64,000 nucleotides of DNA from Heptranchias perlo (lineage: Eukaryota), in NCBI RefSeq assembly GCF_035084215.1, contig NC_090362.1, positions 16,554,001-16,618,000 on the forward strand, given 5' to 3'. Under the pieces are notes generated by a model. The model made no database searches and was not told where the DNA came from. It saw only the letters and a program-made list of their open reading frames with translations. Positions 13,414-26,756 of this stretch are shown one piece after another. The position numbers were made by a program, and so were the translations under genes. The stretch's first letter is position 1. Every line of letters begins with the position of its first letter.

Positions 13414-14082
13414 GTGAGTTGAGTACTGGAACTTTTAATATATATTATTATGTTTTCTTTCATAGATTTTTTTTCCTTTTGATTTGTACAAAGCAAACTC
13501 TTGGATTAAAATTAAAAAGAGCAGCACAAAGTTTGGTGATGTTTTCAAATGATGGGGGGAAAAATACAACGATCAATGTCTGAGTTAACTTTAGAATCTG
13601 TTGGTCTTTTTTAAAAATCGGACATTCGTTAAATAAGTCTTAACTTCTTAAAGGGAAAATCGCTAAAGGTCAAAGTTGTTCACTCTGTGGAGGGAGACAC
13701 CGCGAGGGTTGTGGAGATCCAGGTGGAAAGCAAAGAATAGTCTTTCAACTTGAAAAGGAAACATTTGCAGGGCAAGGGGGAATGGGACTAATTGGATAGC
13801 TCTATCAAAGAGCTGGCACAGGCACGATGGGCCGAATGGCCTCCTTCTGCGCCGTAAGATTCTATGATTCTAATGTGCTACCTTTTTTTAAGTGAAATAC
13901 CAGAACATGAATTGTTTGATCGAGTTTAGCTGGTTTTAACATGAAAGAAAACATGCTTTTATTCTGATTTATGCCGGGTGCGCTGCACTCACCGCCTGTC
14001 ACCTGTACAAGTCTTGCCCAGTAACTTTCTCTCTCTGTCTCTCTCTCTAGTTGTTCTGTAGTATCGCTCGCAGTCACCAGTC

Positions 14083-14229
14083 ATGACGCTCTTCAACGGA
14101 ATCACCCCCTTCTACGGCCAAAACAGAACCTCGGTCACTTTCGCCATCGCTTTACTCGTAGTTATCCTTGTGTTTTTGGTCTTTGCGGTGACGTTTCTCG
14201 TCATTCTACCCGGCATCAGAGGGAAAGGG
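14083..14229 (+). CDS. DUOXA: DUOXA coding exon 1 (147 nt)
   Basis: [49 protein letters not shown]; gtaagt donor. Confidence 0.95.
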
Positions 14230-17200
14230 GTAAGTAAGAGAGAATATTCTCCCTTTTAGCCCTCTTAACGCAAGCCAGCATCTTATTGGCTGCTATTGAA
14301 GGTTTCAGATAACTTCAGGTCATTCTCATCTGAAACACCCAGAGACTTCTTTATTTTACATTTCAGACATAAGTTCCCCCCTAACTGCCCCATGTTATAC
14401 AGAATATGCCGATAGGGTTAGTTGAAATAGGTTGGGAAGAGACACGTGTGGGGCACAAATTCTATGTAATAGTCAGGTCGACTTTTCGCTCAAGTTTTAT
14501 GATCTTCTAATTTTAACTCCACGATTCTCCCAATTTTAAAACGAATTCGTTTTATCTGTTAAAAGAGGTTGACAAATCCACCAAATTTAGGTTGTCTCCC
14601 GTTGAGTAAAATGAAATCCGGAATATTAAAAGATCCATTAATTCGATCAATGGAACTTTCTTTGTTTTAAGTAAATAAAATGTGTTTTCGTTTGTTTTTG
14701 AAATCCAAATTTTGCTTGTTCTATTTTTGCAGCGGCTCTTTTCGTTCTGCAGGGTTGTTATAAGTCTCTTCGTTGGAGTGATCATTGTGGGTGTGTATTA
14801 CATGTTTCTTTTAAAATTAAAATGAATATTGCATCGGATGTACTGCACAGTTCTAGCCCTGCGTTGCAAAGTCCACAACAGAACTATCGATACTATGCAA
14901 TTTGCTATTCGTAATGTTCTGTGGTTTTCAAGAGTTCTGCAAAGATCTAATCTCATTTCCCTGCCCTGAGGGAGACCGTTTTCTGAAACAGTGCTCTCCT
15001 ATAACTCAGGAGGGTCAGACTAACGAGTCCCAGACTCACTCCAGCTTCACCCGGTGCAGTCCCGGATTAGGGCTCTGTGGTCTCGGTGGACGGCGTGTGC
15101 TGGAGGCGTCCTCCGACTGGGTGGGGTTTATTTCGCGAATGCTTACACTCCTGTGAAGTGCCTTGGGACGTTTTTACTATGTTAAAGGTGCTATATAAAT
15201 GCACGTTATTGTTGTACTAGCAGCATACTAAATGGGGGAAGGTTTCCCATGCTTTGCCAACATCCCAAACATAGCAGGAAGGTTCCCCATATTCGCTGTA
15301 TTTAGCAAAATGGTAAACCCCGGGTTTATGAAGTCGCTAAGGCAGAGCAACAGAGAAGATCTACTCTCCCCTCAAACAGCTTTTTTTCAAAATATTTATA
15401 CCATTTCATTTTAGAGAAATACACAGGTAAAAACCTGGGCCATACCAATTTTTGAGCTGTTGTGAATGTAAAAGGAGGGTTTAACAGATGTGTCCAGAGT
15501 TGTGTCCATTGGGTTTAAGGGCTACCACAAGGTCCAATGCACATGTAATGCAAATAATGATGTTTGTGGCTGCATGAGCTGGGTTTTAATCCCACTCTAC
15601 TTGACTAGGCAAGGTCTCTGCATTGTGTTTGTTTACATCACTGAAGCATTGATTGTACAGGATTATCAATATACCACTGTTGACAATCAGTACCATAGAG
15701 CGGCCTGAGATAGATAGCATGGAGAATGGGAAGGTTTCCACAGAGACAGAGGGCCAACATCCTGTAAAAGAAGCTCCCATGGAACCGGAATTATTAGTGG
15801 GCTTGGCAGCTGACTGAATGAAAACCATAAAAAAATATCAATTTGCCAATGATGAGGAATCATGTCAGCCCCATAAGAACGCACAGGCCAATAAAATTTG
15901 CTCAGGCTGAACTGGAATCATAAGCTTTTTGCAGAGACCCAGTTATTCATTTTAATGACACATATCTCCATGAATTTCTCACACATTATACATGAGGGCT
16001 ATACTACTTCTTGGTTTTAAATTTAAGGCTTATTAATAGTATGGATTAATTCTGAAGGTCTAGAAATTATTTGTCAAAGCATGAGTTTAATCCAAGGTGG
16101 TTTGTTGTGGCTTTCTAAACAAGAGAGGACTTTATATTTATTTAAGGAAATCAGACACATGTCAATGAAGATAACTAACTAATCATTATTCATTTTGTAG
16201 TGGTGAACTTTACCAGTGACTGGGAAGCAGGATATGTCACAGTGAACACAACCTACAAGGCTTTCAGCAATGAAATAATCACTGCCAGAGTGGGGCTCCA
16301 AATTGGGCTGGCAGGAATCAACGTGACTCTTAAAGGTAAAGCATCTCCCAACTGTAGTGACGGGCTTTTATTGATGGTAAATTGGCAACAATTCTTGGAT
16401 ACGTAAATGGACTAGAATGGCAGGTGTTGTTAAGAGTTGTGTTGTTACCTGTTAAAGACATTGCGTTGACAGAAAGGCACAGGAACAGATCCTTTAAACA
16501 ACAACTGGCATTTTCGTAGCACCTTTAACATAATAAAAGTCCCAAGATGCTCCTCAGGAGCGATTATCAAACAAAATTTGGCACCGAGCCACATATTAGA
16601 GCAGGTGGCCAAAGATTTGATCAAAGAGGTAGGCTTTAAGAAGTGTCTGAATGTAGGAGAGAGAGGCGGAGAGGTTTACAGAGGGAAAGCACAGTTGGTG
16701 CATTGTTTAAGGCACCGCCAATTTGCTATAGGACAGAGAAGTTATGGATTAAACAGTCTATAATTTGAATGAAGTGATTTTGAATTAAGAATGGACTAAA
16801 TTGTCACAACTCAATGGATAAAAATCAGCTGATGTTACATTGTGATTTGCAATGGGGATACACTGATAAGGAACAAAATTAAGTCAATCAGAAATAATCG
16901 ATATTGTTTACGGGTTCCATTATTCATCACTCGTTGGCAACAATGTGGGCAACTCTGGTCACTATGTATTGGCACAGTGGGCGCAATTTTAACCTAACCC
17001 AGCCGTCGGGAAACTGACGGGATCGGGGGCAATGCCAGTTTTACACCCGGTATGATTTTACTTTCTATTGAAGTCACTGGAGACTAATATTGGGCGGCTT
17101 GTAAAACCAGCGTTTTATCCGATCCCATAGGATTCCCACCCAGCAAGTTAGGTTAAAATTGCCCTCGGTAAGTGTGTTTGTGAAAAGTCCCCCCCGCCGC

Positions 17201-20200
17201 CCCCCCCCCCCTGAAACTAATCTGGGTGACCAATCCCACTCAACAGAAGCAGCAGTGCTCTAGTGAAATAGTAAATGCTCATAACATCACTGTCAAATAG
17301 AGGAGACCTTCACAAATACACTTATAAAGGATGGCACAACACAGATTTAGCTAATGCATTTCAGAATGATTCACCAATACTTTTTATGTAAAGGGATTGG
17401 ATTTTCATCAATTACAATGTGTTATTTTCTATCCTGATGATTTCGTTATAAATATTGTTGCTTTTGTCGTCTGCAATCTGTAACCTGGATTAACATGTGA
17501 GCACACTTCATGCTATGTGCTTGCAGGACTCCCTGTGAACCAGCTCAATGAAACCATAGACTACAATGAGAACTTCCAGTGGAGATTTGACGTAGATTAC
17601 AAAGAGGATTATTACAAAGGACTACAACGAGGGCTTCCAAATCCAATTTTGTACATCGCAGAAAAGTTTAATCACAACGCCCCCTGCCTTGTTCACGCAC
17701 AGTACAGATTTTCTGGGCACTATGCAACAGCCATGATGTGGTAAGTAAGATGCAATATTGCATTTTACCTAGGATTTGTGATCTATTTGAAGATCAAGGG
17801 GTTTTGTTAATTCAAGAACAACCATTTATAGGGAAGCTAGATAAGCACATCAGGAAGAAAGGAATAGAAGGTTTTGTTGATAGGGTTAGATGAAGAGGGG
17901 TGGGAGGAGGCTCGTGTGGAGCATAAATGCCGGCATAGACCAGTTGGGCAGAATGGCCTGTTTCTGTGCTATGGATTCTATGTTAATCTATGTAATCCAG
18001 TGCTTCCTATGTATTTGGATTCAGAACCAAGGCCAGTGACCACCACTAAACAAACAAATGGATTAGGGGTACAGTAGTGTAGCAACTAAGATGTCATGAG
18101 TTCAAATCCCATCATAGCAAAAAGTGAAACTGAATTCTATACATCTGGTCAGTTGTGAGCTAGCACCAGAAAACTACCATGAAAGCAGCCAGATTTGCCA
18201 TTAAAACCCAACTGTTTCACCACTGTCCTTCAGGGAAGGGAACACACCGCCTCTACCCTATCTGGCCCACACTCTTAATGCCCTGCAATGTGGCACAAGG
18301 GACAGTCAGTAAATGTAGCTTGCTGGCGTTGCCCACATCCCGAGAATAAATGTAAAAAAAAACTTTGGAATGGAAAATAAAAGCAGTGGAGGAATATTTG
18401 TTCAGGTCACACTGTGTAGCAACATTGTAAATGAGTTGTGGAGATTTCCGCTTTTGCCTTTTCTTGTGAAATAGTAGACATGTTTACAATTCCATTAGAT
18501 ACTGAGCAGAGCAAATCTTCACAGACACATTGTGATGTACAGTAGTGTAATGGATAAATTATTAGACTCATAATCCAGAGTTCAAACCCCACCATGGCAG
18601 ATAAAAAAAACCTGGAGGAATAAAAAGCTATGTGACCACCAAGCTGTCGGATTGGTTCACAATTGTCCTTTTAGGGAAGGAAACCTGCCATCCTTCCCCA
18701 TTTAACTCCAATCCCACACCAATGTGGATGACTCTTAACTGTTCTATTTAAAGTGCCCTATAACAAGCCACTCAGCTGTATCAAAGTGCTTTGGTTCAAG
18801 CCCCACCCCCACCATTACAGTGCAATTAGGGAGGGGCAATAAATACCGGCTTTGCCAGAAATGCCCACACTCTGAGAATCCATCAAAGAAAAACAATAAA
18901 CTACAGAATCCAGTGATGTATTTTCCAAATGATATCAAGTTGAAATATACTTGTTCCAGCTTCCACAAAGGCAGTATCATTGATAGTTGTGATCACTGCA
19001 CTGTAAAAAGATAAAGAGCATTGTAAAGTATCCAGAACACGACAATACAATCATTGAGCTATAAAGAGAGGTTAGGAATTAAAATATATACTCATTGAAC
19101 AGGAGTGTGAGAAGTATATGACATCAGCTTTTAAAAAATAAAGGAAATGATTATGGTTGATGATTAAAGATATTTGGTGCTAAGCCAGGATAAGAGAAAG
19201 CAAGAACAGGTTTGTAAGTTGTAGACTCACCTAGGGCACTACTCACTGGAGCAGAGACAGGCTAAGGGGACCTCAAGAGCAAAATCCTTAAGTGTTTGCG
19301 AGGCTAAATAGTGAAAGATTATTTCCACTGGCCAATGAATGAGTAACGGTAGGGCATGAACTTAAGGTTGGTATTAGAAGCCTAAGGAGGAGGTTAGAAG
19401 AAGGTGTTTTTTTCCACACAAAGGGTTATTAGGATATGGAATACATTAACATAAGTGGCCAATGAAGCTGAATAAATTACAGCATTTAAGAGGGTGTTGT
19501 TCAAACACTTGAAGAAAACAAATATTAAAGGGTCTAAGGAAAATGGGATTAAATAGTTAGAATGTGGAGCTAAAACCAACATAGGCACAATGAACTGAAT
19601 GGCTTTATTCTGTACTGAAATTTCTACCATCCTATGATCCTAATTAGGAGCTAAACTTAAGGAATAGTTTTTTGAGTTTTATGCTATTTGAATTGTGGAA
19701 TAGACTACCATTAGGTCACATGACTTTTTATTACTCCAATCCATTCAGAAAACAAAATTTTCTCATCTCCCAGGACATTTATGCCAAATTGGGCAGCAAA
19801 TTACACAACATGTAGAAATTCGCTGGATATGTCATGAGATATTTCATTGTGAAAAATCACTTGCCTTAACTATCCCTACGCAGAGTGGACAACTGGCTCA
19901 TCTTGAAGCATCTAAAAGGAAATCTCAACAGTGGGAAGCTGGTTTCAGGATAGGAGAGGGGCAGGTTCAGGAAGGAGATCTAGAGTTCTGGAAGAGCTGA
20001 ATGTTTGTTTGGTACATTCCTATCTTATTGAACAAAGGAAAGTAACATTGAGTGAAGTGTTTAGAAGTAGTAGATTCATTGTAGATTTAAGTTTGTGTTT
20101 TGTTCTTTCCGGTTTAGGGTGGCGTTTTGTGCCTGGGTCATCACTAATATTCTCTTCTCCATGTCAACTATTGTGTATGGAGGGTACATGGCTTTGGTCA

Positions 20201-23200
20201 CATCCGCATTCATGGTCTTTGGAGTCATCTCATTTGCCACTACACTGAATGTACGTCAATGCATTATTCAGTTTGGTCCAACAACGCTGAAGACTAGCTT
20301 GGGTGTTTCTTTCTGGCTGACATTAGCAACTGGTAAGTACTGGGACTTTGTATTCTCAAACAAAGAATGCATACAATGAGCTGATCTAAAGAAAGACAGA
20401 CTTGCATTCGTATCAGGATAACTTTTCCGCTTTAGAGCTCCTGGTGTGAAGCTCCCCTGCTGGGAGTGTGTATCAGGAAATCACGCAAGCAAAGCCCCTG
20501 ATTTTTTGACCACTAAAATGAATGGATGAAAAAATCAGGGGCGCCTCACATAATTTCCTGATTTGTTGCTGTATCCTCAGTGTCAATCGGACTGAAGTCA
20601 GACTGCAGTATAACTCCAGTCTGCTGACTGCACATCATTGGTCTCAGGTTGGTAGCTGCAGTACAACTCCAGCCTAAACATGACATTGTCAGTGAGCTTA
20701 GCAGAGCTTTTTGCAATGCGGACGAGAAAAACGGATGGTTCAGCCCTTGAAACCCATCCCCCTCGAACTCTAAATCCCACAGACTAACATCCAACTGTGT
20801 TTTGAACTCCTCTCAAGTATGCAAATCTACTCCCCTGCCTGGCTGAGTCTTCCAGCCCGCAAATCACCAGATTTATTGAATTCATAAATCTGGTAATTTG
20901 TGGGCTGGCGCTAGAAACAAAAAGTGACCATGAAAGCTGCCAATTTTTGTAAAAGCCCAAATGGTTCTTAAGGAGAGGGAACCTGCCTCCCCGACCTGGT
21001 CTAGCCTACACATTGAGAGGTGATTAAGGGGTGATCTAATTGAGGTGTATAAGATGATTAATGGATTTGATAGGTTGATAGAGAGAAACTATTTCCTCTG
21101 GTGGTGCTGTCCAGAACAAGGGGGAAGTGACCTTAAAATTAGAGGTAGGCCAGTCAGGGGTGATATCAGGAAGCATTTCTTCACACAAAGGGTAGTGGAA
21201 ATCTGGAACTCTCTCCCTCAAAAAGCTGTTGAGGCTGGGGGTCAATTGAAAATGTTAGAACTGAGATTGATAGATTCTTGTTAGGCAAGGGTATTAAGAG
21301 TTACTAAGGCGGGCAAATGGAGTTAAGATACAGAACAGCCATGATCTAACTGAATGGCGGAACAGGCTTGAGGGGCTGAATGGCCAACTCCTGTTCCTAG
21401 CTTCCTTTGTCCCACATGCTCTAATTCCACACAATGTGGTGAACAATTACTGCCCTCTGACGGGGCCCAGTAAGTCATTCAGTTCTTTCATATTTGCAGC
21501 ACAAACATGGTTTTAGTTTTTGCTTAAATAGATGTGGTGTTAAATAAACTGTTAGTTTTGCTTTTGAATGAATGAAAATCCAAAGAGCAATTGCAAAAGA
21601 GCAGAATCGGCTTAAGGAAAGTTAGAAGCAGAGTCACCTTTACTACAGTTTAGGATTTTTTAGATTCTCTTCTCCTACTTGCACCACACACATTTCCCTT
21701 AGCTGAGTAGGTAGGTCCGAACTACTGCCAGGCCTCTCAGTGACACTCTGAAACTGACTTTCCCTTCAATCTCCCTCAATTTGGGGAATGGCTAGGTTCT
21801 GCCAACTCTCTTGACACAATGGCTGGGATTGGGATCTTCCAATTATCGTATTGTTAGAAAAAGTAGATCATGGTGCCCTAACTTGTGTTACTGAGCACCA
21901 AGGTATGGGTTCAGTCCCAGGATTCCTCGCACATTGGCCTCAATATTAATGGGGGGGGGGGGGGGAGCGGGCGATGAACCTGGCAAAAGCCGGGGCTGTG
22001 GAAGCTCTGCCTCTTTTAGATAAAACTCTGCAGACTCCTGCCCGACACCCGGCCAGATTGACTGCCTGGCCGGTGGGTGGGAGTGGAAATTTAGGGGCAG
22101 GAGGCCGCAGCCAGGGACCCGTGGGGATGGACTTCGGCAGTCAGTTAAATAGCTGGGAAGGTGGTGGGTTGGAGCTGGGAGGTAGAATTTTTCAATTTTA
22201 ACCACTCCCACGCACCATTCCGGCTGTGTGTGGGGGGGGGGGGGGGGGAGGAGTAAGGGGAGGAGGTTAAAATCGGGGCCATTAAGTTCCCAATCCCAGC
22301 CAACTGCAGATTTGGAAAGTGCACCAAATAACAGATTCCTTTTTTCTTTAACATAGCATTACTGTGCTTCATTCTCGGAATAATTATAATAGTTATGGAT
22401 CACTGCATCCCAGAAAAACTAAGAACATTCTTTATGCTGAACGGAGAGGATGGTGATGATGAAATGGGTGATGGATTAATTAACCCCAGCTTTACTTATG
22501 ATTATGGAGACGGTCTATATTTAACGGTGAGTAAAAATAGAGCTCACGAAGAATACACTGTTTATCTTAATTACATATTTTCTCTACTTCTCTCGTAATT
22601 ACCACCTTCCTCAAAAGCCACTCACTCCATCTTAATTACCCTTCAAGCATGGGTATGAAGTGCATTCTGCTCAATGGCTGCTGCTCACTGTAAGCTGAAA
22701 GGAGCAGAGTGTTAGGACTTTGTCAACAGATAAGAATGGATAAAATATTGTACAGGTGATAATGTGTTCTATAAAGGCAGTAAGATATCTTGAAGACATT
22801 AGTGGTTAGTGTGATTAAAAACAACATCCGAGGACTAGATTTGCTTTGTACACTATCTATAGTGAGACAACACTTTATAAATGCATTTACAATTTCCTTA
22901 TGTACTGAATACAGAGGAAACCCCCACCATAGCGAGGAATAATGGAATATCCAGGTTATTCCACAAGGGAGTAAGCATTGAAAGCTCTTGAATGACATAG
23001 AAATTCAACATTTGAATTGAGATTAGTGCTGCTCCCTGTGTTGTGACACAATCACAATGTGGCCATATCTGGAAAATGTCCTTAAATCAGGTCAAACGGG
23101 ATTAAAATAACATGGAAAGGAATTTTGCATGAACACACTGAACAGTGAGCTACTGGAGGAAATTAAACCTCCAATTACATTAATTCTACTTATTCTCTTT

Positions 23201-23942
23201 TGTCTGGGGGTGGGAAGAAGCTAAAACTATTTCTAAACCTGGTCTGGGGTGATAGTTAAGCAATATTGGGCAATATTCCTCCTCCCCTTTGCCCGACCAT
23301 TGGCGGTCATGCCTTCAGCCATCTAGGTCCAACTCTAACTTCTGTCTCTGCCTTTAAGACGTTGCTGAAAACCCACCTCTTTGACCAAGCTTTTGGTCAC
23401 CCCCTCCTCTAATATCTCCTTCTTCAGCTCCGTGTCCATTTCTCATCCTCTGGGAAGCACCTGGGATGTTTTTCCACATTTTATGGTGCTATAAAAGGGA
23501 ACTGGATAAGTACTTGAAAGGAAAAAAAATTTGCAGGGCTACAGGGATAGGGCCGGGGAGTGGGACTAGCTGGATTGCTCTTGCACAGAGCTGACACAGG
23601 CTCGATGGGCCGAATGGCCTCTTTCCGTGCTGTAACCTTTCTATGATTCTAGAAGAGTGCAAGTAGTTGTCATTATTTCTGACCTCCATCATTTCTGTTT
23701 TGCATTTCACTGCTGTGTAATATCACTTCAAGGGACTGTAAAAGAGATTAATTTTACTAAACATGCCAGAACCTGTGTAGCTACAGGATGTACTAACAAT
23801 GAATCGCCGTGTTCATCTAATTTACTCAACTACACTTCCATTGCTCTTTCAGTTTTTTATGTGTATTAATTATTTCCAAACCTTTTCATTCCAGAAAAGG
23901 AAAAATAATTTTGAAAACAAAGACTTTGTTGTTTATACCTAA
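14083..23942 (+). CDS. DUOXA: Dual oxidase maturation factor, complete CDS, 7 coding exons, about 328 aa
   Basis: Exons 14083-14229, 14733-14790, 16201-16335, 17527-17740, 20118-20332, 22357-22526 and 23895-23942 join in phase. Motifs [45 protein letters not shown]. Confidence 0.95.
14733..14790 (+). CDS. DUOXA: DUOXA coding exon 2 (58 nt)
   Basis: [19 protein letters not shown]; tttttgcag acceptor. Confidence 0.93.
16201..16335 (+). CDS. DUOXA: DUOXA coding exon 3 (135 nt)
   Basis: [22 protein letters not shown]...GINVTLKG. Confidence 0.95.
16978..17166. mobile_element. Palindromic MITE, same family as 8984
   Basis: CAATTTTAACCTAAC ... GTTAGGTTAAAATTG. Confidence 0.7.
17527..17740 (+). 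CDS. DUOXA: DUOXA coding exon 4 (214 nt)
   Basis: [18 protein letters not shown]...[13 protein letters not shown]...GHYATAMMW. Confidence 0.95.
18066..18900 (+). mobile_element. Two copies of a second tRNA-headed SINE family (about 18066-18362 and 18534-18900)
   Basis: GAGTTCAAATCCC / GAGTTCAAACCC B box; shared body AGGGAAGG..CTCTTAA..GCCCACA; A-rich tail. Confidence 0.6.
20118..20332 (+). CDS. DUOXA: DUOXA coding exon 5 (215 nt)
   Basis: [15 protein letters not shown]...[10 protein letters not shown] (transmembrane segments). Confidence 0.95.
21013..21405 (+). mobile_element. CR1-clade LINE 3' fragment
   Basis: [28 protein letters not shown]; GGGCTGAATGGCC 3' UTR; TTCCT-type tail. Confidence 0.85.
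21936..22280. mobile_element. Non-autonomous PIF/Harbinger-type element
   Basis: TIR GGCCTCAATATTAA / TTAAAATCGGGGCC; 3-bp TSD ATT on both sides; internal G-runs; a related end starts near 63938. Confidence 0.65.
22357..22526 (+). CDS. DUOXA: DUOXA coding exon 6 (170 nt)
   Basis: [25 protein letters not shown]...GDGLYLT; gtgagt donor. Confidence 0.88.
23895..23942 (+). CDS. DUOXA: DUOXA probable last coding exon (exon extends to 23968)
   Basis: ttttcattccag acceptor in phase 0; [15 protein letters not shown]; AAG|GTAATT donor 26 nt after the stop. Confidence 0.6.
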   Translation, partial: KRKNNFENKDFVVYT

Positions 23943-24139
23943 AGCTGAGGAAACCACTGAACTACAAGGTAATTGTATCTGCTCTAAAAATAATAATTTG
24001 AAGCCAATTTTATGGATCACAGTAGTTTTTAGTTAACACGATGCAAAGGTTTACTGTACCAGGGTGAAAGAATGCAGATTTGCATCTGTGATTTTTACAT
24101 AGACAACCAAGTCTTGTGCTCTCAGACAGGTATGAGCAG

Positions 24140-24543
24140 AAAAAAGACTTGCATTTATATAGATCCTTTCATCCCAAAGCACTTTGCAGCCAATGAAGCA
24201 CTTTCGAAGTGTAGTCACTGTTGTAATGTAGGAAACACAGCAGCCAATTTGCGCACAGCAAGATCCCACAAACAGCCATGAGATAATGACCAGATAATCT
24301 GTTTTATGATATTGGTTGAGGGCTAAATATTGGCCAGGGTAGAACTCCACTGTTCTTCTATGAAATAGTATCCTTTTACACCCACCTGAGAGGGCTGACG
24401 GGGCCTCAGTTTAACGTCTCATCCGAAAGACGGCACCTCTGACAGTGCAGCACTCCCTCAGTACTAGATTTTGTGCGTTCTCGAGAGGAACCCACAACCT
24501 TCTGACTCAGAAGCAAGAGAGCTACCAATGAGCCACGGCTGAC
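24140..24543 (-). mobile_element. tRNA-derived SINE (SacSINE1/DeuSINE-like)
   Basis: Same head, body and tail as 1242-1686. Confidence 0.8.
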
Positions 24544-25000
24544 AAGTGTATGAGGCGGGTGGGAAAGAGGGGAGTGGGAGGGAGAGAGAGAGCGAGATGA
24601 ATGGGTACATGTCACAGATGCCACACACATACTGGAAAGCCATCACCTACTGTGGCTATACTCTAGTAATCGTGAGGTGAAATAATCCTCTGTTGCTATG
24701 TGTGGTGACCTCTTAAATGTTTGTGGAGATCTCCCGCTTCAGTCTTTCTAGATAAATTACCATATTTTAGAGCAGAGGAAATTTTCACAAACATATTCAT
24801 GAGACGACAACACTTAGCGATCAGAGGAATTCCTAACTCACGGTCTTCTGTGCTTATTCAGGAGGGAAAGGGGGAAAAAGAGACAAAGGAAAGCGATTGA
24901 GTATTGTAATATGTTACATGATGCTAAATGGGTGTGTGCAATTCATTTAGCAGAACTATCCAGTGCTTGTGAACGAATGCTCTTCTCTCTTCGTTTATAG

Positions 25001-26350
25001 GATTAACATGCAACACCCAGCTCAGTCAATAGTGCAACAGCCTCAGTGTGCAACTCGTGAAGGATGTCAAAATTCAACTGTTGTGCGTGATAAAATAAAG
25101 GACTGTTTCTAGATTCTTTTGTGAATTGGCAGCTCAGTGCCATTGGTCAAAAGGTGCCAACACTACGCCATTGAAAGTGAGCACAGGTCTTGCATACCTT
25201 GTGTAAGATTTGATAATACATCAATTGAAATCAACAGTCGCAGCTTTTTGCTGCATCTTGTGCCGGAGTGCCTGAGGGTGCCAGATTCGGGGATTAACTG
25301 GGAGAATGCAGACTGTGCCAAAAGGAACGAATCATGCATATCAGATGTCATTCACTGTAATACAGTTAAACTGTGGCGACGTTTTAAATGTTTTATTACT
25401 ATGTGTAAAATACGGCAAAAAATCACACTGAGCTGAAGGATACAAGACAAATGCACTTTAATTGATTAGCGTTAGGATTCCTAATGACCAGTTTGCAGTG
25501 GGAGCTTTCAAATCAGGAGCAGACAGACTGTAAGGCGGTTTTTCTTTTGATTTTAGGATTAAGCATCAGATCTAGTCTATACATTATGTATTTAAATTAT
25601 TGATACTCCGGACATTAACAACCTGGAAAGTGCAGTTGGTGATTTGGCAGATGATGTTTTAACACGTTTGTACGACTTTTCTCTGCTCGCTATTTAGCGT
25701 GGAGGTTAACCCATCGCCAACGGTAACGTCTCGACTCATATCTGTGATATGAACTATTAGGGATCGTGTCTCAATTGGGTCCTCCCGGCGAGGAGTTGCC
25801 GACGGTCCTTGATTTTCCATTTCATTGGTAGCACCTGATCGATAAATCAGCCCTAATATCCGTTGATGGGTTGAAACATGCAGCCTGCCTCCTGTATGTT
25901 GTTGATAAGACTGGACGCACACGACAGTGTTAGATATTTTAAAGGAGTAATAATGATGGGGACAGAATTCCTCTGCTCACTAAGTGTAGCGGCTTTGTAC
26001 ACATGTTTATGGAAATTTCCTCTGCCAGTATTCCCAGCAAAATCATAAACATAGAAAATAGGAGCAAGAGTAGGCCATTCGGCCCTTCGGGCCTGCTCCG
26101 CCATTCAAAATGATCATGGCTGATTGACTAACTCAGTACCCTGTTCCCGCTTTCTCTCCATATCCCTTGATCCCTTTAGCATTAAGAAATATATCTATCT
26201 CCTGGGAATATGTCCATTAACATGTCGCTATGCATAGCGAGCAAAGATATGTCCCACTAATTATAAATATGGTTGGCAAAATATCTCCATTTATATTGTT
26301 TGCAAATTGCTCTTAATTTCATATTTATTAATAAAAAATGAATAAGAGAT
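25001..26350 (+). other. DUOXA: Probable terminal 3'UTR exon of DUOXA
   Basis: Strong acceptor tcttctctcttcgtttatag ending at 25000; AATAAA at 25094-25099 and at 26330-26335, the latter followed by a GT-rich tract. Confidence 0.45.
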
Positions 26351-26459
26351 GTTTGTTTGTTTCTTTACGCATTATCTTCAGATGTTTGCGCAGGAGAATA
26401 TATGGAAAATTGAATTTAGGGAAAACTTTGTCATGGACTACAACAACAACTTGCATTTA

Positions 26460-26750
26460 GGAGTAGGGGGCACAGGCTAAAAATTAGAGCCAGACCTTTC
26501 AGGAGTGAGATTAGAAAACATTTCTACACACAAAGGGTGGTAGAAGTTTGGAAAACTCTTCCGCAAACGGCAATTGATGCTAGCTCAATTGCTAAATTTA
26601 AATCTGAGATAGATAGCTTTTTGGCAACCAAAGGTATTAAGGGATGTGGGCCAAAGGCAGGTATATGGAGTTAGATCACAGATCAGCCATGATCTTATCA
26701 AATGGCGGTGCAGGCACGAGGAGCTGAATGGCCTACTCATGTTCCTATGT
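26460..26750 (+). mobile_element. CR1 3' fragment
   Basis: Near-identical to 47450-47750. Confidence 0.85.
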
Positions 26751-26756
26751 TGTGCT

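Noticed and set aside
21951-22250. Long G/C homopolymers (also 17188, 56558, 57987) as G-quadruplex elements
   Set aside because: Mostly inside MITEs or other repeats and length-unreliable in assemblies; no evidence of function.
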